Shown here one piece after another: positions 51,601 through 63,938 of a DNA stretch of 64,000 nt (positions within the stretch are counted from its first letter, which is position 1; every line of letters starts with the position of its first letter). Origin of the DNA: Lingula anatina. Its lineage: Eukaryota > Animalia > Brachiopoda. The stretch covers positions 8,804,001-8,868,000 of the forward strand of contig CM120642.1 in assembly GCA_051362555.1 (NCBI GenBank), given 5' to 3'. The notes beneath the pieces are model-generated. The model did not search any database and had not been told where the DNA came from. It saw nothing but the letters and a program-made list of their open reading frames with translations. A program made the translations under genes and the position numbers.

Positions 51601-54600
51601 AGCTCATAAATAAGTTCAGATTAAATGATCCCCAATAGAACAGATCTTTCAAACACCTTGATCGAACACAACGACATTTGTGCGTGCACTAAACAAAAGG
51701 GAGTAGTGAGAAAAACACGCCCGACTTCGAAAAAAAAAAAAAAATAAATAAAAATGGGGGTGGGGGACGTCATGCCCTTTGATATGTTCTTTTATCCTTG
51801 TAACATTACGTGACATAAAACAATTATTATACAACGGAAAAAATAAAACCCTTCATAACATTACATATTTATGAAAAGAATTATGAGGAACTGCGGATGA
51901 TTTAACAGAAATTAAAACAATCTATAATTGTTCGAATATAATATCACAATTTAATGCACGTCCGTCTCATATGTAGGCGAAAGAATATTCATTTCGATCG
52001 ACATTATATACAATGACTGTTATTGATTTGTAAACACACTGGTTGACCGGAGAAGAGCCGAGGTATGTAATAATGTTGCTGTCCGAAGTATTAGTTTACT
52101 TAGACAAGTCTAGTAATATTGATACCTGAGATACGGCTAATTATCGGTGACGTACATCGAACAAAAGCATATAATAGGTGGTAGTATGGGTGGCCGAACA
52201 AGTAAGAAGTCATTGACATTTCCGGACGTGCACGGACAATAAAATGACCTATATTGACCTGTGTGCAATGTTACTACGAACGGTGAGAAGAAACCGTTCC
52301 CATGCCTAGATCTGGGTCTGTCTAACTCCCTGGGGAGTCTCGCAAAATTGCTATTAACTTGCCGGCTTAAATGTCTGTCACGCCTACTGAATCAGCTAGG
52401 GTGTAAAGATAATTACCCAATAATTACAGCTTTACTAGGCGTGACAGACATTTAAGCCGGTTGAGTAAATCGCAATTTAGTGAGACTCCCCAGGGAGATA
52501 GATCGATCCAAATATCTGTGGGAATGGTCCCATACACTACTAGTAGGTCAGCTGCACTAGATGTAAGAGTGCGAAACGCAAATATGATTGCGTTTATCAC
52601 GATAAATAAACCTTCAGCAGCCTGTAATATATGGATGAAATGGTGGTATTAGAAGCAGACCAATACAACCACTGAATGTGAATTGTATTCTTCCATTAAT
52701 TTATAGGCAATAAACCTATATCAAATAATTTTTAGGTCCCTTTTAAGGCACCGTATGACGCGGAAACGATATACATGTAGCTTCTTTGATTTGCCAAGTT
52801 CGCCTAAAGCATGCTAAAGCATGATTTTGCACGTGTTAAACAGTTAATTAACAAACATAACTTTCCAGTCAATACTATTTGTAGTGTCAACAATTTACTA
52901 GGTGACAGTTGCGTCTACACATAAAACGGTCAGCTGCATTTTGTTTCACTTGAAAAGACAGTGATAATTTCACGTTAAAAATTAATTTTTTGCTTTAAGT
53001 TGATAGAGAAAACATTTCGAAGTCGAACAAAAAAAATACCGCAATTGATAGAATTGAAGAGAAAACATGTCGCATTTTCCAACATTCCACATAGTTCAAT
53101 ATACAGATTATTTTGCTGTCCGTGAACGACCAGCAATATCAATCACTTCTTACTTGTCCAGACATCTGTACCTGGATCAATAAACAGATACTTCCGTCCA
53201 TAAAATGCTATTGTTAAATCCAAATCACCGATTAATTGGCAGCAACTCAGATATCATTATCACCGGGCTTGTATTACTATTCGCAATGCCATATTGCCGT
53301 CCGTTATTTCCTAATTGTTAAGTAAGCCAGCACCATCATTATATACCTACTCTTCAATCTGGCCAACCAGAGTGTTGACTTACAAAACAACCATTACTTT
53401 TTATAATAAAGAAGATAATACCATATTTTAATGGCTTATTGTTTCAGCTACTCATATGACACCTATACATTGATTTGTGACATAACACTAGGATAATTAT
53501 ACACGTAATAACAGTTTTTTAAAAATTAATTTAACATTTAATTAGGTAGCATCATCCACATAGCTATCAATTTTTTTTATTCAGAGGGCCTTTTCACAAT
53601 GTGATTGGAACATAATTACTTGTATTTTGGGGTCGTACTTATGCCAATCCTGCAGAAGAGAGCAAGGTGCAGCGTGCCAAGATTATTTGGTACTGATGTC
53701 CAAGACATTTTCTGAGAGGCAATTTTACAGTAAATCACGCTGTTTTTCTGTAACACGTACGATGCCTGAAGTAATGGATCGACAAATATGTTGACAATAG
53801 AGGACATTAAATATAAAAATTGCTACATCATAGGGAGAAACACTGTACGTCAGGACTGTGTAACACTATATTGCGAAGAGAACAATAAAGCAGAAAAGAG
53901 AGAGCTTGAAATATGATGTGCTAATGTTTAACACCTGAGAGGGTCGTTGAAAAGAAAATAACCGTGTAATCTTTGGGTAGTCAAGGGAAAATGGATTGCC
54001 AACCATCCAGTCCTATTATCGTCGTTTTTCACAATAGCAAATGTTTTGGGGAGGGCTTTAAATCCGTGAAGGTCAACGACAATTCATACCAGACTTATAC
54101 CAGAACCTTTCGTTTTGAAGGGTTGTCAAATTGCGATATCAACATGATAATTGAAAGGGACATGCACTCTCTGATAGACGTACACTATGGCAACTGTAGT
54201 TCAATATTTCAAAACGACGAAAGAAAACACATTGCATTGGTGGCTATACAAAAAGAAGAAAGCTGCATTTCTGGGAATTATTGATTGGAAGACCTCTCAC
54301 CGAACGCTGGAGTTCACGCTGTCGTAACCAAGCCCCAGTCTGATGGAGATATTGGATGTCTCCTCGTTAAACTGTTGATTAAGGATGTCCAGACGTAAAT
54401 TGATTAGTTAAGAAACAATGAGGCCCTCCACATTTGAATTATGTATACGTCAAACTTTCTAGATTAAATAGGATAAAACCTCTGTGACACTTTACAATAT
54501 TAATTTTAGTTCGTGTATTAGTTCTGTCATATGACGCCTTTACGGGAAATCAATGAGAAGCGAGTTTTTTGAACGGCCAATTGCTTGAAGCACAATTGTT

Positions 54601-55139
54601 ATTTCTTTGAAAACGCTTATGGCATGTGAAATAGTTTTGTCAAATATATGTCACTATGTGTTGCTCCTTCATGTTGAAACCTCAACGTAAACTTTATAAT
54701 CATACATATATGTACAGATTCAACTTTGACAAAGGTACTGCCCACCAGTTAAGGTTCTGATATTGTCATCAAATGAACTGGGTCGTTTTGTTACTGACTG
54801 CGAAAAAAGGTGTCTTTTCAACCACAAGGGCATACAATGAGCGTTTAGGCTTTATATAACATTTTTTTCTGGAAATCCTTATATTTGCCCCTTCATTGCC
54901 AGCCAAGCTATATCATATCCAAAACCGTTTAGAAAAAATTCCAATAAACCTGTATAAAACCGTTTTCGAATTCTAAATTCCAAGTTTCACCGTTATGAAC
55001 AAAACTCACAAGCCTTCATCTCCGTTATGAGAGTGACTTAACACGAACTAGTACTGTTGATAGAAAATCATCAAAAATTTTGTCTTCTGGAATCCAGTTA
55101 TAGTCCACAAAATCTAATACTTGCATAATATATTACCAA

Positions 55140-55170
<31 letters not shown>

Positions 55171-56961
55171 ACACTTTAATTTGCAGAGTTTTTTAATCAG
55201 CTGGACAGGTTTTTAAATATCAAACCATGAATGTGATACTTTCCTGACCTGTTAGACCACGGCATTTGTTCACTTTTTATAAAATGCACTTACTGCTACA
55301 TTAGCCGCAATTTTTTGTCTAGTTACTACAATTACGCAAATGTTTTTGACCACGGAAAATATCAATTTAACTGCCAGCCTTAAGCAGTTCAAGCAACAAC
55401 GCGGATGTGCAGTGAATTTTGGTAATATCTTAACAATTACCCGTAAAAAAAGGTATCTGTCGGAAAGGAGTTACATGAATACTGTTTGATTTAGTTACGA
55501 GTGCGTATCGGCGTTATGTGTTATTTTCAACACAAAAGCATTCATTGACCTCAGATACGGGTGCTTCTGCTTCCGAGAAAACATCATACTTGTCTGCTTG
55601 AAAAGATAATACTCAGAGTCGCAAATAGAAAAATGAAATCGATATCTTGAATAACAATGACCCAATGTGGAGTTTTAAAAATGGTACCGTCAGAAAACAA
55701 TTCAACGGAAAATAAATAGACAATAAGCCAAAAATGCCACACAAAGTGAAAATTAAGGTACTTTTAGATCCAATATGCCAATGGTAGTTCCTTATATAGT
55801 ACTCTGTGTTAAAGATGTCTTAGACTCTTAATATCAAATGAAAAAAATGTTTCCAACAGGTCCTGTCTCTGAGGGTCGATTAAAAAAAATTACCTATGAG
55901 AATAAGGTAATTACTTTTAAAAAGACTATATATAAATCGCATGTACGGTATTCTGAAAGCTCAAATATGCGAAGCATTTATACACAATTAAATAAACTAA
56001 ATAAATAAATAAACCCGATACATGTCTAAATCCCTACAGTTACAGGTACAGGTGAACTGTCTCTTCAGACAGTGATATTCTCAATTTTAGTGGTGGATAG
56101 ACATATGCCTAAGGACGACTAGGATTGCGTAAGGGACCAAAGAAAATAACACCTTTTTCCGATGTGGTTTGTATCTTGCTCACAGGACACTTGATTCTTT
56201 TAATTCAACCATCACAAAAGTTTAAATATGAGGCTCGAGATTTAGAGTGTGCATTTTGGTGCATTAAGCTACATATACGTGTATATAAGCAAAACCAGTG
56301 GAACGACAAACGATGTATCTGATTTCGAAACGTTTCCCTAATTTTAGTGATGTCTTATACTTTTGTGACTTAAATGAGTTATGGTGTTTATTACTATAGG
56401 AATAGTCATTTTCCATTTACGCAGTGCAACAGTAATTTTTTTCTCTGCAGAATCCCCCATGCCTATAACAATTTAATGTGAATTGTAGTCAATAGTAGGA
56501 CAAACAGGCACCTTTCATTTTGTCTTTTTTTTTTTTTTTTTTACAAAAAAGCTGACATAACTCTGACGGTAAACTAAACGTCGGCACATTACCTTTCAAA
56601 AGAGAGGCATATTAATTTTCACTACTACAAATGTCATGAGGAAATGTTAAACTATAAAATTTATAAAATCTAACCAAATATCTCTTGCTACCAAAAGCGA
56701 GGTCAAAAATCATATGGAATCATAAGTTCTTTTTACACGAAAATGTTCTCAATTGACCGAGCTCTTTTGTTACTGAAATAATGACACTTCGCATTTCACC
56801 ATACATTGGCACTGATGCCCGTTGACCAGTGTGTATCCACTGCTACAGCTGCAGTAGTACGAACCATGAGTATTGTGGCATGTTTGGTCACAACCGCCAT
56901 TGTTACTGTTACATTCGTTAACGTCTGGAAGAAGTTAAATGTAGTTAATAAATTCAATTTA

Positions 56962-57043
<82 letters not shown>

Positions 57044-58566
57044 CAACCATCCAACCATAAGCATGGAAAAATCTGTTTCATGCTTTCTCGTTCTGTAACT
57101 CACCAGCGCAGTTAGGTGACGCGTATCCAGAGGGGCACGAACAATAGTCTGGTTGTGTACAAGTCCCGCCGTTAGGACAACTGGAGCAAATAGCTAAAAA
57201 AAAACAAACAAACAAAATTGAATTGTGTTTAACTGCAATAGTGTTCAAGGCCACCTCCCTTTCTTAATCTTCATCAACATTGTGCTCCAACAATTTGTCT
57301 CTGTCCCCACATCTCACATACATGCACACACTGGACAATAGAAGTGTCACCCCCTGAATCAGAGTAATCAAAGTTATAAAGCCTGGTCTACTTATAATGT
57401 GACTAATGAGTATAAAACCGCTGTTTTGTGGAATTTGATGTTAATAAAATGATACCAGGAGCATCTCATTCCCAAGTCATGTATCTCCCCCAAAGTACTG
57501 GTTCATTAGGGGTGACACTTCTATTGTTCAGTGTGTGTACAGTCATTTACAGTCATTCCATACACTCTGACATGCCAGCCTCACCTTTCGCGGTTGGTTC
57601 CACACATTTCTTGCAAACTTGGAAATAAATTCTAATCAATTCCAGTTTGTTTTTTTTTTACTCATCAATTTAACACGTCATTCCAGACTTACGCGTATTA
57701 CAGCCGCTTCCAGTCCATCCCGTTACGCACCTGTAGCAGCTGTGATAGCAAGCTTGAGAAACTTGCCTGGAGATAACATGGAGTGATATTTTTTATAAGA
57801 AGTTTATAATAGCCAAACATGGCAGTACCCATTAGGCTTATAGGTACATTGTTTGTGATAAGAAAACAGCTTTATTGACAGTGATAAATTCACAGGTTGT
57901 TGGCGTTTCCACCTTTATACAAATATTCAGATAAAAATTAAAACAAAATATTTTAGGCGCACATTTTACGCCTGAAAATTCTTATAATCATTGGTAATTA
58001 GCGTCCTTCGTTTAAAAATGAGAACCCCCCTCCATATACAACATATTAGTCAAGTGGCTTATAATTTTGTGAAATTGTACTTTACCTATATCTTGTACAT
58101 CTGGCCATATTAAGGAATCCACATGCTTCAGTGTAGCGCTGTTGGCTATAACAGGTCTGTGAACACTGATAGGACTCTGTCAAACCAAAGCTGAAAGATC
58201 CAGACATTATCCCGAATTTTTTACAACATAAGAAGTGGTACTACAGCTTGAAATTGAGACTTAAAATGTGGCAGCAAGACTACACATTTTGAAAAAAATA
58301 TTTTTTCGTTTACCGTGCATATAAAATCTTGATCTACCTTTGCCGATGTACAGCTCAATTTTAAAGGAAACAGCTAAATATTTAATTAAAAACAAATACA
58401 TCGAAAATCGACTTTTTATAAGCATTCGTGAGGAGTTAAAGGAGAATAGTAAATTAAAAAAAAAAACATTTGTTAATTGTTTTCTCCGTAAAACGCTTTG
58501 CACTCACCTTGTATCTGTAAAAAGGGCCATAATAAAAAAGACGACATGACAATATCGCTTAATCAT
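48601..58566 (-). CDS. Secreted EMI-like + EGF + 3 calcium-binding EGF + PAN/apple protein (EGFL7/8-like N-terminus), 8 exons, 320 aa
   Basis: Minus-strand exons 58566-58508, 58190-58086, 57766-57693, 57193-57104, 56924-56805, 51578-51456, 50479-50354 and 48866-48601; GT-AG, 963 nt in frame. Signal-like [22 protein letters not shown]; Cys-rich ...[13 protein letters not shown]...[10 protein letters not shown]; [25 protein letters not shown]; cbEGFs [23 protein letters not shown] and [12 protein letters not shown], each on a phase-1 exon; [11 protein letters not shown]...[19 protein letters not shown]...CELN. In-frame ATGs also occur at 58584 and 58602; 58566 was chosen by homology to the paralog. 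Confidence 0.88.
49654..49885. mobile_element. G/C-tract MITE-like repeat fragment
   Basis: CAGTGGCGGATTTAGGGGGGTCAGGGGGGTCCAGACCCCCC terminus. Related termini at about 6982-7139, 32616-32851 and 47458-47624. Confidence 0.4.
52297..52531. mobile_element. Palindromic MITE, inverted copy of 7578-7785
   Basis: Shares CTCCCTGGGGAGTCTC...GAGACTCCCCAGGGAG arms and flanks with 7578-7785. Perfect 25-bp inner inverted repeat 52362-52386 / 52436-52460. Confidence 0.75.
56966..57039. repeat. (CT)n(AT)n microsatellite
   Basis: Directly visible, inside a short intron of the EGF/PAN gene. Confidence 0.9.
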
Positions 58567-60415
58567 GTTAACGACTGCGACCATTTTCTCTTTTGAAATC
58601 ATGAGCTCTGCTTTGCGTCTGACCAAAATTACGAAACACTGTTCACCGGATCACTGTTCACCGCACTAGCCTCACTGCAGCAAGCCCCCGCTGATTGACT
58701 GCGATTGGACTTTTATCCCGTTGGGTCTGTGAAGTCTCAAGTGACGTGTATTGATCAGGGCTCAGATAACCTCTCTGTCACCACCCCTTTTGACACCTGA
58801 TGAAGGCTAGTCTATACTATGCTGTACTCGCTGAGAGGACACCCATCGATAAAATCACCCGTGTTTTCCTGAAGTGTACACCTTGCCCTTTGATAAGGAT
58901 GGGGCGGTGGGTGGGTGGGGGGGGGGGGGGGGGGGGTTCTGGAGTTGTGCAACCTGAAGTCTTGACAATGAGTTAGTGCGTTGACTGGTGGACTGGAAGG
59001 GTTGGGGCACATTTATACATCCTCCGTACCCCTTGTCTCCAAATGATAATTTGGCCACCAGAATGTCTCATAATTTTATTAATTTTTTTTTGAGGGATGG
59101 GGGGCGGATGGGGAGGGTGCAGGACAAAGCACTCAAAATGTGTAAAGTCATTAGTTAATATGTTATCATTTACAATAGTAACACTTAAAACCAAATTAAT
59201 CGACTGTTAATAATGAAAAAATTCTGTTAAGATATAAAAGTCGTATCACTGTTACCGACATCTACGTTTCGCGAAAGAGAACAATTACACGTGTTCAGTA
59301 CAACAACAGCAGTGCCACCAGTAGCAGCAGTCATTGCAGTGTTAGCATCGGCAATTGCAGCACTAACAACGGCAATATTAGCAGTTGTAAAAAGAGCGCT
59401 TTGGACACCGGAGTAAATATCAATTTCGCTCACATACAGTGCAACCCCTGGACCTGCAAGGTAAGGCAACATTATTGACTGTGAAGTATTTGTTTATCGT
59501 TAGAGTGATTATCCTATTCAACGTGTAATATCATCTTTCAGATTGCGCCTGGCGTGCTGTAATTACGAACATTTTAGAAATGAATTTGAAATAAAATTTT
59601 ACAGGTAACGGTTATTGTCGCATTTATTATACTCAGAGGCTTAGGATTTTTATTTTCTTCTTCATGGACAAGACGAAGGCGCTCTAAGGTTATATAGGCC
59701 CGAAATATAGGGTAGTTTGCTACACAAAATATTACCTTTCTCTTTAGGCGATGCTATTAGGTTACTTATTTCTGGCATAGAAAAATTGACTATGCTGATC
59801 AAATCATCGGTAACAGGTAGGGCTGAAATTGTTTTCAGGTGTCATTCTTATCCATTGAAGTACCCCGAAGCGTATGATCCTATTTGTTTGTTATTATCGG
59901 TTAGGGGGATTACGCCTACACCGCAGCAAATAAAATAACTAAAAATCGACAAAAATATTAACGATCCTGTGTCATAGATTTTTGATAACATCTGTTTAAC
60001 TGATGTAAAGCGGTCTTGCTTACAAATGTCCATTTTAAAGTTGACGTATAAAAATTCTGATACGAACCCAAGTATGAGAAAACATCTGGAAATCCATTTT
60101 CACCCCAAACTTCTTATATGACTTATCACAAAAATGATCATACCTGGAGACGAAAAGTGTCCACAAACATTATATTATAACATTATATTATAGAAATTGA
60201 TTATATATAAGGGCGTTAAGCCTGATTTTGGTTTACAAGGTACATAAATTTAAAAAAGGTCCAGTTAGTTTATTAGTAATACATTTTTATTTGTATTAGC
60301 TGGTGAAGTACTGCACATGTAACACACAGCATTGGCGCAGTTCGTTTGGCAATTAATATTAGCTGATTCATAACAGCAGTGCACGGACACTGAACAAATT
60401 ACATATTTACTGGGG

Positions 60416-60419
<4 letters not shown>

Positions 60420-60483
<64 letters not shown>
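60420..60483. repeat. (TA)n microsatellite
   Basis: Directly visible. Confidence 0.95.
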
Positions 60484-60486
<3 letters not shown>

Positions 60487-61021
60487 ATCTCGAACCCACT
60501 CATTAAAATTGCTTTATTGGCTGCATTGGAAGTAATACATTACTCTATTTATTCAACAGCCATGTGAAAGCGTGTGAAACGGATCTTTACGCCTACAGTT
60601 GTGAAGAATGTGAGTGTCACAACTAGCACAATTATAACTAAAACATGCATTGTTACTCATATAAAGGTTACTATTTCATGTCTTGTAGAAACACTATAAT
60701 TTGGAACTATAATATTTGCATAAAATATGGATACTAACTTTGCTCTTCGTGATTACACAAGTTCATAATAACTATTCTCAAGCTGTGCGTTAAAGTCAAA
60801 ATGTATCGTGCTTTTGATCGCCTCTTTATCCGATAAGAGTAACAATATAATAAAAAACTACGAATTAATACTAGAAGTTTTCTTCACTAGAGGGATTATT
60901 GTATTTTACTTTGCCAGTGTCTATTAAATGTAAGGTGGTGCCTTTTCGTCATCTAATAGAAGATGTCTGTGCAACCGTTTGTGTAATACACGTATACATG
61001 TACATGTATGCTATGGTATAA

Positions 61022-61036
61022 TCATGACCCTTCGTG

Positions 61037-61072
<36 letters not shown>

Positions 61073-61297
61073 CCCGTTTTTTAATTCATTGCCATCAGAA
61101 AGAGGAGTATTTCGTTCACAGTGGTATCCCTTGGACTGTCCTCGTGGAGCATCCACATGAAAGGACAGCAGGATTCTCGTATAAACGCGGTGACACAATC
61201 CGAGCAGACGTGTGCTTGGTTTGAACTGATGCCGTAACCGTTGATTCGTCTCTTTCGTTTTTCAATGGTGTGCACGTGTGCTGGCCTGGGTTGAGGT
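61022..61297 (-). pseudogene. Frameshifted orphan copy of the terminal PAN-domain exon
   Basis: Acceptor CCCAG|AC CTC AAC CCA matches TTCCAG|AC ACC AAC CCA at 48866. Pieces in different frames: DLNPGQHT (vs DTNPIQKT), RRINGYGISSNQAHVCSDCVTAFIRESCC (vs [29 protein letters not shown]) and FHVDAPRGQSKGYHCERNTPLSDGNEL (vs [30 protein letters not shown]). At least two frameshifts, loss of one Cys, and an A30 run near the 3' end. Confidence 0.85.
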
Positions 61298-62589
61298 CTG
61301 GGATGAAGACAAAAAATCTTCTCATGATTGATCATTTGATATCAAGTACAAGTCTAAACAAACTGTTAAATGGGAATGCGCAGGATGTTTCCTCCCACCG
61401 TTACATATCCATGTTAGCAAAAGTAGGATAAATCAATTGTGGTTTGAAATGACATGCAACAGAAAGTAACAATTGCACTGGAGAACAAAAATCTAAAAAT
61501 GAAACCATACCCTCGAAATATGGCGGGATGCTGGACATTAGTAATAAACATGTCAAAATAAATGTATAGTGATGTGTTAAACAACAGATTTAAACGTGAT
61601 ATAAAGTCCACCAATGGTGCAAACGATAAGGCACACATTTCTTTGCCAGTTTAACCAGTTGTAGATTGATTTTACTGATAATACTGATGGTACTGGTACT
61701 ATGGTATGGTACCATGGTACTGATGGTATTGATGTATTTGTAACTAAAATTTAGGAAATACTTGTATACCACATATGAAAAGTAAGTTACACGTCAAATT
61801 CTAACAAAAAATAATTACAAAAAGACACTGGAATGAGCTGGCCACACCCCAAGTATTCTTATATCCTGTCAAAAAAGTAATCAAAAACAAAAGATTTTAT
61901 TACCTATAGGACCCCTTACAATTACATTACAATCTCCCCTCATGACAGAAATTAAGACTGCTGAATACATTCATAACATTAAAATATATTTTAGAACTTT
62001 AAAACTCGAAAAACTTTTCATGGTCAACCCTAATAAGATCAGCTTTCTAGTATGTGGTAATTCAGTCAATACATTTCGCAGGATTAACATGAAGGCTCGG
62101 AACAAAACAAGACCATGCCAAATCGCACTATACGATTAAACACTGGCATATATGCAAGGCTTTGATGAATGCAGGGCGCACAAGAATTGGTTTTATCTCG
62201 TTTCGCTCATTACAATGAATCTCAAAAGCAAATGGCCCATCAATGCCAATCCAAACACATTTTTCTGGATTGTCGTGTTGCAGCAAGATTTACGTCAAAT
62301 TCAACGACAGCTGGAAACAAACAGAGCACAGGATATACAAGTACCAGGTAAGTTCACTTTTTAAACAAACTTTTTGACAATGGCTGTTACCGGCGAGGTT
62401 TGTCTGTGAGCGGAAACCCTAGTTGTAATCGATATAGCTAACGGCGTTGATTAATTTATAACTGTTTGGGTTATGCTGACAATTTTTTAGTTTACTCGTC
62501 AGTTAGGAGAACAGGATCTCACATTGGCATTTGGGCTGACATTTCTTATTTGTATTTAAGGTGAAACGTGTAGTCAAAAGAACTTGAGA

Positions 62590-63938
62590 ATGCTCAAGAA
62601 ATATGGACTACAAGTAATTTTGCTTTTATATGCTCTCACAGATATAAGGTGAGTGTTAGATAGTGTTACTTTATTGCTTTTTACATTTAATATTATAGAA
62701 CAGTATTAAACGGGATAAATTGTATTTTTTAACTCAGTGTAATATACAATAAAAAAAAAATTGGTCCTTGAATCGACATATGCTATAATAAGATATAATC
62801 TTGTACTCCTAAAGATGTGTTAGTAAACCGTTGACATAGATATGATCTTATACTCCTAGAGATGTGTTAGTAAACCGTTGACATAGATATGATCTTACAC
62901 TCCTAGAGATGTGTTAGTAAACCGTTGACATAGATATGATCTTATACTCCTAAAGATGTGTTAGTAAACCGTTGACATAGATATGATCTTATACTCCTAG
63001 AGATGTGTTAGTAAACCGTTGACATAGATATGATCTTACACTCCTAGAGATGTGTTAGTAAACCGTTGACATAGATATGATCTTATACTCCTAGAGATGT
63101 GTTAGTAAACCGTTGACATAGATATGATCTTATACTCCTAAAGATGTGTTAGTAAACCGTTTGAAGTTTTTACCGGTAGCAGACAAATATTGAATAGTGT
63201 TTTGGTCACGTGTATTTATGTTCATTTAAGCTCCGGTTTGACAGAGTCCTATCAGTGTTCACAGACCTGTTATAGCCAACAGCATTACACTATAGGTTGT
63301 GGGTTTTTTGGTTGGAGCAGATGTGCAGCATATAGGTAAGAGAATTTAAAAAAAAAAACACCTATCTGACAAAGCTATACAAATAGTTACGGATCGAAAA
63401 AGCACTTTGAAATTGCCCAGAAAAGAAAAAATACTTCATATCACTCTAAGAAAAATGAGTGGTTCTGTTTCTAATGTAGTGAGCTTTAATCTCTTTTTTA
63501 TTGTTAATTCTGGACGCACACTGTGAACCCTTTGCTGAACTGCAGCTTTAATGCCAATAGCTCAGTGTGTGCCTTGACATAAACTAGGGACCATTTAACA
63601 TATTCGCCTTCACCGCACTCCTGTAGCAACATCGCATTCCAAACTATATAGAGGACAACGAGAACTAAACATTATTTTGCGGTGAAATCTTCCAATGAGC
63701 CATACGTAATATTACTTGATCTCTCCAAAAATTGGCTGCTTATGCATTTTCGTGCATTCTGCAAACGTCTGATTGTCCATTCCAGTAATTTCCAGATGCT
63801 ATTATTGACAAAGAACTAAAATATTGCTTCTTCACTTTTAAAACCTTGGTATTGTTATTTCCAGACATATATCACACGTTTGCTACCACTCCTGTCTCAG
63901 ATGCGCCCCGGGGTGGACTGGACTTAATTGTTACTCAC
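62590..63938 (+). CDS. Paralog of the EMI-like/EGF gene, first three coding exons (continues beyond the window)
   Basis: Exons 62590-62648, 63231-63335 and 63865-63938 have the same lengths (59, 105, 74) and phases as 58566-58508, 58190-58086 and 57766-57693. Translation [80 protein letters not shown] possible 5'UTR exon ends at 62347 (CAG|GTAAGT) and would splice to 62561. Confidence 0.88.
62791..63161. repeat. 47-bp minisatellite, 8 copies, in intron of the EMI-like paralog
   Basis: Unit AGATATGATCTTATACTCCTAGAGATGTGTTAGTAAACCGTTGACAT starts at 62791, 62838, 62885, 62932, 62979, 63026, 63073 and 63120. Confidence 0.95.

Noticed and set aside
52140-52290. Possible extra EGF exon (SFYCPCTSG on minus strand)
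   Set aside because: It lacks the remaining Cys spacing and phase-1 splice sites; likely chance.
62791-63161. CRISPR-like regular array
   Set aside because: Units are contiguous and near-identical with no unique spacers, there are no cas genes, and it lies in a eukaryotic intron.
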